Shown here: positions 26,425 through 32,000 of the stretch, one piece after another
How positions within the stretch are numbered: the stretch's first letter is position 1
Layout: every line of letters begins with the position of its first letter
Origin: an uncultured archaeon
Lineage (GTDB): Archaea > Asgardarchaeota > Thorarchaeia > Thorarchaeales > Thorarchaeaceae
Assembly: GCA_964648855.1 (NCBI GenBank)
Contig: CAZYLT010000003.1
Location: forward strand, 60,001 to 92,000
Direction of reading: 5' to 3'
Length of the DNA: 32,000 nt
Position numbers and translations under genes: made by a program
The notes under the pieces: generated by a model
What the model was told of the DNA's origin: nothing
What the model saw: only the letters and a program-made list of their open reading frames with translations
The model's database searches: none

Positions 26425-27678
26425 ATGTTCACATTGGAAGAATATGGCGCATCTATTGATGTAGGCACCTCGCATATTGCCATCAATCTTGTTTCATTGA
26501 ATGATTGCAAAGCAATAGATTACTCAGTTGAATCAAACCCACAATCCGTAGTTGGCGCGGATGTGGTGACTCGCCTCAAATATCATGCCAGCAGAAGCAC
26601 CTCCGTTGTGGACCTCTGCAAGTTGGTTAGGAATCATATTGATGGCCAACTATACGAAATGTTTGATTCTCTCTCCCTACCCTTGGACGGTATCGACAAG
26701 ATCGTCATTGTAGGTAACTCTGCCATGCATCATATTCTGTTTGATAAGGATATTACCCCTCTTCTCAATGAACCCTTTGTTGGAATCGATACACACGAGA
26801 TCTCCTGTAATGGACAAGAAATCGATATCATAACACTGAAGCGTACAAGGGTATACTCGCCTCCTCTAGTGGGTGGCTTTATTGGAAATGATGCTATCGC
26901 TGTTGCTGTTGAGTCTGGCGTAACTAAAAAGCAAGAAAAAGCTCTGCTCGTGGACATTGGTGTCAATACAGAAGTTGGGCTCTATGACAGTGAAACACTT
27001 CATTTTGCATCCGCAGCATCGGGCCCCGCTTTTGAGGAGATGTCCATTGAATATGGTATGAGTGCGAAAGAAGGAGCCATATCCGGATTCGAATTGGGGA
27101 ATGAATCTACCTCTTCGAACACCGAAACGATTAGTGATACACCTGCTCAAGGCATATGCGGTAGTGGCAGCATATCTATTCTAGCAGCGCTTGTTGAGAA
27201 TGGATTAGTTGATAGATCTGGTACCTTCGTTTCTCCCAAGGAATCATCGCATATTGAACAGAGAGGAGATAGCAGAATATTCAAGGTGATTCGAGGAAGA
27301 GATGATTGGATTGTACTAACACAAAGGGATATCCGTATGATTCAGCAATCAAAGGCTGCAATACGCGCCGCAATTGAAGTGTTGCTTCAGGAAACTGGTA
27401 TTCTTCCAGAAGATATTGAAGATTTTTACATTACGGGCGAATTTGGAGCAAGCCTGAATCCTCAGGAAGCATTCAAAATTAGCATGTTTCCTCAACTACC
27501 GAATGCAGAAATACGTCAGCAAGCCAATGGAGCTATTAAGGGGGCTAACAAGATTCTCTGCTCGGCTAGCGGTGAGGAACTATGCCACTCAATTTCAGAG
27601 CAGGTAAGATATGTTAATCTTACATCGAACCCACTCTTCGATAAGCAGTACGCCATTCATAGACTCTTTCAATGTTGA
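26425..27678 (+). CDS. ASKHA-fold ATPase of the RACo/RamA (DUF4445) corrinoid-activation family, without an Fe-S domain
   Basis: IDVGTS, NPQSVVGADVVTR, VGNSAMHHIL, GGFIGND, VDIGVNTE, SGPAFE, GICGSG, LTQRDIRMIQQSKAAI. Confidence 0.85.
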   Translation: MFTLEEYGASIDVGTSHIAINLVSLNDCKAIDYSVESNPQSVVGADVVTRLKYHASRSTSVVDLCKLVRNHIDGQLYEMFDSLSLPLDGIDKIVIVGNSAMHHILFDKDITPLLNEPFVGIDTHEISCNGQEIDIITLKRTRVYSPPLVGGFIGNDAIAVAVESGVTKKQEKALLVDIGVNTEVGLYDSETLHFASAASGPAFEEMSIEYGMSAKEGAISGFELGNESTSSNTETISDTPAQGICGSGSISILAALVENGLVDRSGTFVSPKESSHIEQRGDSRIFKVIRGRDDWIVLTQRDIRMIQQSKAAIRAAIEVLLQETGILPEDIEDFYITGEFGASLNPQEAFKISMFPQLPNAEIRQQANGAIKGANKILCSASGEELCHSISEQVRYVNLTSNPLFDKQYAIHRLFQC

Positions 27679-27679
27679 A

Positions 27680-28165
27680 CTAGTAAGTCAATTCTTTATC
27701 TTCGTACTTCTCGCCATCACGTAGCCTTGATGAAGAGAGTGGTCGTCCGTCACTTGTTCTGACACGTGGGACAACTATGATGTGGAATCGATTCAGACCA
27801 TTCTCAAATCGCATTTCATTTATTCTGAATGCATTGTCAACTACTGATATTTCGTCTGAAACAATAAGCGCATCCAATTTTTCCATTTCGTCAGCACCCC
27901 CAGCAACAGTTTCAATACGGAAAATGCTGCATCGATGCCACTCCGATTCATCTTTGAGAAAATCGACTAGAGATGTTTTCCTCTCATCATAGGTTTGAAT
28001 CTTCTCGAAATCCTCTTTGTCCTCAATCATCGAGTCAGCAGTAAGACCGATTCCAACTTCCTTTCCAAGCCTGAGGGCTGTTCGTAAGAGATGCTTATGT
28101 CCAGGGTGCAGACGGTCAAAGGTGCCTGCGAACACTACTCTCTCATAAGGGGCATCATGAGGCAT
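27680..28165 (-). CDS. coaD: Phosphopantetheine adenylyltransferase, archaeal/eukaryotic type
   Basis: AGTFDRLHPGH (HxGH), IGLTAD, DALIVSDE, INEMRFENGL, PLSSSRLR. Confidence 0.9.
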   Translation of the reverse strand: MPHDAPYERVVFAGTFDRLHPGHKHLLRTALRLGKEVGIGLTADSMIEDKEDFEKIQTYDERKTSLVDFLKDESEWHRCSIFRIETVAGGADEMEKLDALIVSDEISVVDNAFRINEMRFENGLNRFHIIVVPRVRTSDGRPLSSSRLRDGEKYEDKELTY

Positions 28166-28170
28166 TTTTC

Positions 28171-30162
28171 TCAGTCATCTCTCACCTGAACAACATCGAG
28201 TTTCTGCAAGTCTTGTACGACATCCATGACTCGCTTCAACTCAATCTTCCCGAACTGGAATGAGAGCTTGTCCCATATCTCCTCAATTTGGGTCCATTCG
28301 CTCGAGAGATTTAGCAATTCATCGACCCATCTGAACATGTGAGAATCTTCCTGCAGAATCTCGAAATACCGCTCTCTTCGTTGTGGAGGTAGGTCATAAA
28401 TTGCTGATGGGGGAAGCGCATACTTGAGGTTCCTCTTAGTTTCCACCGACAGATTATATGACTCTAAGTCAAACTCGTCTTTCCCTTTTGCTTCGACCCC
28501 GACCTCTGCACAAGCACCTAGATATGCCTTGCGCGCGACTACCATCTCTGTGGCATATGACATCTCAATACTAGCCTTTAGTGCCTCAAGAAGGTCTTTT
28601 TCTTCGGATATCAGGTACCATTCTTCGCCGGCTCTGTCAAGAGTGTTCATTGCCAGCTTCTGAGCATATGTCAGCCATCTCATGGTTCGCGGGTATATCT
28701 TTTCTGGGTCATCTAGGCATTGTCCAAGAATAGACATAGCCTCGTTGATTACTCTATTTGAAATCTCTCTCATTTCATTTCTACAATGAGTCAGCAATGT
28801 TTCCTTGCAGACAAATCTTGGATATATGATGGTGAGTGCAGATAGAGTGATGGCACCACTCACGAAGCGCATTTGTTGGGGGTCCAGTTTATCAGCCGAG
28901 TCTTCTGACGTATGATAGAACTTGTCAGGGAATTGGTTGAGCATAACTGCAGGAATCCCTACCGTTGAGTCGGTGAACATGAAATGATCGCTTCCCGCTG
29001 AGTATACTTTTTTCTTCCACGGCAAGGGAACAATTGTGCCCCCTGTGCTTGCGTCGTAATCCCTATCGGCCTCTTGCTCAAGCCAGTATGAAACAACGTT
29101 ATTCAGTGTACTTGGCAATGAGTAAGGCGTGCGGAAGAAGTTTAGCATAGAGCCCGTCTTACAGGGGTCTGCTCCAACCATGTCGGCATTGATCACAAAC
29201 GTGCATCTCTTAAGCATCTCCTTCTCGTTATGAATCAACTTGATTGTCCCATGCCACTCGGGCATCCAAATGAAGCGGATTGAGATCTCAGGCTTTTTCA
29301 ATGTGCCATCTTCTATAAGACTGGATACAGTTCTGAATACTTCCAGAATTGCTCCACTTCCCGATGCATTATCATTGGCTCCCGGTTGTGGGTGACAAAT
29401 ATGAGCCACAAGCCACAGTTCCTTCGAAGTGTCTTCTCCTTCTATTAAGGCTGATAGAATCCGGTGCTTTCCTTCGTCAAGCTTTGCATCAACTTTAGCA
29501 CGAACTATTACATTCTTGCCATCCTCAAGCCATCTCTTAATTTGAAGCCCATCTACCCTCGTGAGAGAGAATCCAAATCTAGTATCTTCTTTTTCTTCTG
29601 GTTCTGGCCATAGTCCTTCATACGGTCTTAGCTGTGATGAATCATTCTTCCCGGTAGAACGTCGATATGATAAAATTCCTGCCGCCCCTCTTCCAATACA
29701 GGCAATACGATGAACCTGTGATTGCTTTGAGTAGGTAAGCACCACTTTGCCCTTGATGTCTAGATTCTGATAGTCTTCTTCCAAAAGACCCCGGCCCACA
29801 TTAACAACCTCGAACTCATCATCTATTGATGTGGAGTGAGCAGCGAGAGATATTGGTTGCTCATTGAAGTCGCAGAGTACTCTTTCTTCTGGCTCCACAA
29901 CTGATAATGTTGCTGATTTTGGAGTCCAGCCATGAAGATTCTGCCAAAGACCGATTTTTCCTTTCCCATCTGCGGGATATTCAAACCGCTCTAATTTGGC
30001 TTCTGAAAATTGTTCAATCTCTGATTGAATATAGTCTAACGCCAGGCCCAGCTCATCAGTTCCCTGTATTCTGTGATACTGAGAAATCCCTGTGGCATAG
30101 TATTTGGCTTTGATTCCTGACACTGTCCGATGAACTGATTCTACAAAGTCCTCTGGAAGCAC
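28171..30162 (-). CDS. M28-family zinc aminopeptidase-like protein (DUF4910 type) with PA insert
   Basis: SQYHRIQG, PA domain (VGRG...DIKGKVVL), AHICHPQPGANDNASG, WMPE, NADMVG, GSDH, YHTSED. Confidence 0.85.
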   Translation of the reverse strand: MLPEDFVESVHRTVSGIKAKYYATGISQYHRIQGTDELGLALDYIQSEIEQFSEAKLERFEYPADGKGKIGLWQNLHGWTPKSATLSVVEPEERVLCDFNEQPISLAAHSTSIDDEFEVVNVGRGLLEEDYQNLDIKGKVVLTYSKQSQVHRIACIGRGAAGILSYRRSTGKNDSSQLRPYEGLWPEPEEKEDTRFGFSLTRVDGLQIKRWLEDGKNVIVRAKVDAKLDEGKHRILSALIEGEDTSKELWLVAHICHPQPGANDNASGSGAILEVFRTVSSLIEDGTLKKPEISIRFIWMPEWHGTIKLIHNEKEMLKRCTFVINADMVGADPCKTGSMLNFFRTPYSLPSTLNNVVSYWLEQEADRDYDASTGGTIVPLPWKKKVYSAGSDHFMFTDSTVGIPAVMLNQFPDKFYHTSEDSADKLDPQQMRFVSGAITLSALTIIYPRFVCKETLLTHCRNEMREISNRVINEAMSILGQCLDDPEKIYPRTMRWLTYAQKLAMNTLDRAGEEWYLISEEKDLLEALKASIEMSYATEMVVARKAYLGACAEVGVEAKGKDEFDLESYNLSVETKRNLKYALPPSAIYDLPPQRRERYFEILQEDSHMFRWVDELLNLSSEWTQIEEIWDKLSFQFGKIELKRVMDVVQDLQKLDVVQVRDD

Positions 30163-30237
30163 ATTCTTTTCCTCAGTCCTGATTGAATCCTTACTGGCAT
30201 AAGTAAGCTACGGCTGGCACTAAGCAATCATACTATA

Positions 30238-30288
30238 TAAAAAACGAGCAAAAAATGAAAGATGTGGCGCAGAATGAAAATCTACGCC
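30238..30288 (-). terminator. Probable terminator of the ferritin gene
   Basis: Minus-strand hairpin GGCGTAGA-7 nt-TCTGCGCC (one G-U pair) followed by two T6 tracts, about 30 nt after the ferritin stop. Confidence 0.55.
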
Positions 30289-30316
30289 TTGTTATCTAGT
30301 TTCTTAGAAGACTGGA

Positions 30317-30814
30317 TTACCTGTCTTCTCGTTGTCGAAGTCGCGAATCCAACATGAATAGTGCATTAGTGGAATCACCAATCTTCTTCAGGAGGTCTCT
30401 GACTGCCATAGTCTGCTCTTCCTCCTCGACCTGCTCATCATAGAACCAGTTGAGCATCGGAATTGCGGACTTGTCGTTCTCGCCCTCCGCAAGTTCACCA
30501 ATCTTGAAAATGCGTTCAGTCACAATCTTTTCGTGATTATAGGCATCTTCCCAAGCCTCCAATGGTGAATCCCATTCGGTCTTGGGAGCTTTTATTGCCT
30601 TCATGACGGCACGTCCACCACGATTGACGATGTGAGCCCAGAACCTCAATGCGTGCTCATACTCCTCTTTGGCTTGGATTTTCATCCAGTGCGCCATTCC
30701 GTCGAGATTTTGTTCCTCAAACCATGATGCCATAGAGAGGTAGATATACCCACTATAGAGCTCGAAGTTGAGCTGGTCGTTAATCGCTTCAGCTAATTCT
30801 TTACTTATCTCCAA
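30317..30814 (-). CDS. ftnA: Non-heme ferritin
   Basis: QLNFELYSGYIYLSM, EEYEHA, HEKIVT and WFYDEQVEEE carry ferroxidase-centre residues. TTG start with RBS AGGTGA. Confidence 0.95.
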   Translation of the reverse strand: MEISKELAEAINDQLNFELYSGYIYLSMASWFEEQNLDGMAHWMKIQAKEEYEHALRFWAHIVNRGGRAVMKAIKAPKTEWDSPLEAWEDAYNHEKIVTERIFKIGELAEGENDKSAIPMLNWFYDEQVEEEEQTMAVRDLLKKIGDSTNALFMLDSRLRQREDR

Positions 30815-30899
30815 TTTTATTTCACCTTGTTAAGTTAGTGAAGAACCTACACTTATCTATAGTAAAGTGCATTGCAATTATAGCTTCCGATATGACCTT

Positions 30900-30916
30900 T
30901 ATACAGAAACTGTATA
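30900..30916. promoter_or_regulatory. Perfect 7-3-7 inverted repeat between the divergent ferritin and membrane-protein genes
   Basis: TATACAG-AAA-CTGTATA. Confidence 0.35.
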
Positions 30917-31000
30917 GTAACTCCTTTTGGTCCACCCAACGAACCTTTTTTACTTAGAACACGATTCTGTTTCTTTCAGAAAGAGAAGGAGCTCTACAAT

Positions 31001-32000
31001 ATGGCTGATTTGACCCTTTTTACAATTCTCCTCGAATTTGTTCCAGCAATTGCAATCGCGGCTGTTTATCTGGCTCTATTTGGCAAGCGAAGAAACAGAT
31101 TCATAGAAGCCTTCATAATCCTGATGTTCATAAAGAGCATCACGTTTTTCCTCTACGCACTAACTCTATATCCGATAGGTCTGCCTATGACTTTCGATCC
31201 CGCTGTCGATGGTTCTACATTTCTGGACCTACTTTGGACCGATTTCTTATTTCACGTTTCCTTTGCAGTTCAAGACTACTTCACATGGATCATGTTGTCT
31301 TTCGTTGCGGTTCTTTTCGGTCAGTTGGTTCTGGGATTAAAGCTTGCATTACAAGATCCGCTCAAAATGAAGTTCAAGAATCTGATAAAAAGCATTGTCG
31401 GACGCGAACCAGAAACGGATGGATTCTCAGGATTTCGGGACCGTGTAGACAATGTTCGATTTGAACGGATTGAGTTACAGCCATTGGACCCTAAAGTCGT
31501 TGACAAAGCATGGCGCGAATCATGGAAGGATTACCTAGTAATTGGCTTGGCAACATTGCTCCCCTCTATCGATGTGTATACCGCCAGTTATCCAAATCCA
31601 TACTTCTATGCCGTAGTGGTGTTCGTGACTTGGATTTACAGATTTGCTTATCCTGCATCAAATCGTATTGCTAAAGGTGCAGGGCTCAAACTTGGTGACA
31701 GGGATATCGGTGGTGAGATGATGAGGGGTGTTCTTGGTTGGTTCTTTCGATTGAATATTCTTTTGTCGTTGGGAACAATAGCAATCCGCGTCATAAGTGC
31801 TATCTCTGCGGGGAATCTTGGCGGGTTATTTAGCTTCTATCTCAGTGGGTTAGCGCTTGCTTTTCCACCAATCATCTTTGCTATTTTGCTATTGCCAGTA
31901 TCAGAAGATTTCGCAATTCTGCTCTACAGCAAAGTATTCCATGGATTAGCGAACCTCAGGAGAAATCTCGGCTCAATAAACTCGGTTGGGCTGCTCAAGA
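31001..32000 (+). CDS. Polytopic membrane protein, truncated by the window edge (absent from the ORF track)
   Basis: ATG 31001 preceded by AAGGAG. The frame MADLTLFTILLEFVPAIAIAAVYLALFGKRRN... is open to nt 32000 with about 7 hydrophobic segments. Confidence 0.85.
   Translation, partial: MADLTLFTILLEFVPAIAIAAVYLALFGKRRNRFIEAFIILMFIKSITFFLYALTLYPIGLPMTFDPAVDGSTFLDLLWTDFLFHVSFAVQDYFTWIMLSFVAVLFGQLVLGLKLALQDPLKMKFKNLIKSIVGREPETDGFSGFRDRVDNVRFERIELQPLDPKVVDKAWRESWKDYLVIGLATLLPSIDVYTASYPNPYFYAVVVFVTWIYRFAYPASNRIAKGAGLKLGDRDIGGEMMRGVLGWFFRLNILLSLGTIAIRVISAISAGNLGGLFSFYLSGLALAFPPIIFAILLLPVSEDFAILLYSKVFHGLANLRRNLGSINSVGLLK

Noticed and set aside
1-32000. tRNA, rRNA, SRP/RNase P RNA, CRISPR arrays, transposases, integrases
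   Set aside because: No T-loop/cloverleaf, repeat-spacer periodicity or recombinase/transposase motifs were found by eye in any gap or ORF.

Overview
Gene-dense archaeal chromosomal window, most consistent with an Asgard archaeon of the Thorarchaeota type. This is an inference from frequent TTG/GTG starts, GGAG/GGTG ribosome-binding sites, Nre, archaeal-type CoaD/GlyRS/AlaX, class II HMG-CoA reductase, SNAP-like helical-repeat proteins and a giant glycosylated Ig-repeat surface protein. I found no rRNA, tRNA, CRISPR array or mobile element. Left to right: (1) a tightly coupled operon of an acidic-tailed partial ORF, a RadB/Rad51-paralog ATPase, a membrane protein, a Walker-A-dead RecA-fold protein and a divergent FEN1/XPG nuclease with a PIP box; (2) a tandem Lrp/AsnC-like regulator; (3) a probable catalytically dead M50-like intramembrane protease overlapping a ~2580-aa secreted protein with an alpha/alpha-barrel, Ig repeats and a TM anchor; (4) two paralogous Zn-ribbon/2-TM (YdjG-like) genes; (5) a divergent Nre, a YbjN-like protein and AlaX-L; (6) two convergent alpha-SNAP-like genes, one fused to cytoplasmic Ig domains; (7) class II HMG-CoA reductase, a ubiquitin-fold GG-ending protein, GlyRS, a small ORF, Usp, an Fe-S-less RACo/RamA-type ASKHA protein, CoaD, an M28/DUF4910 peptidase, ferritin and a partial polytopic membrane protein. 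The best candidates for undescribed systems are the membrane protein + two Rad51 paralogs + FEN1/GEN1-like operon, the pseudo-protease + giant surface protein pair, and the SNAP-like pair. All family calls come from motif recognition by eye; no searches were run.
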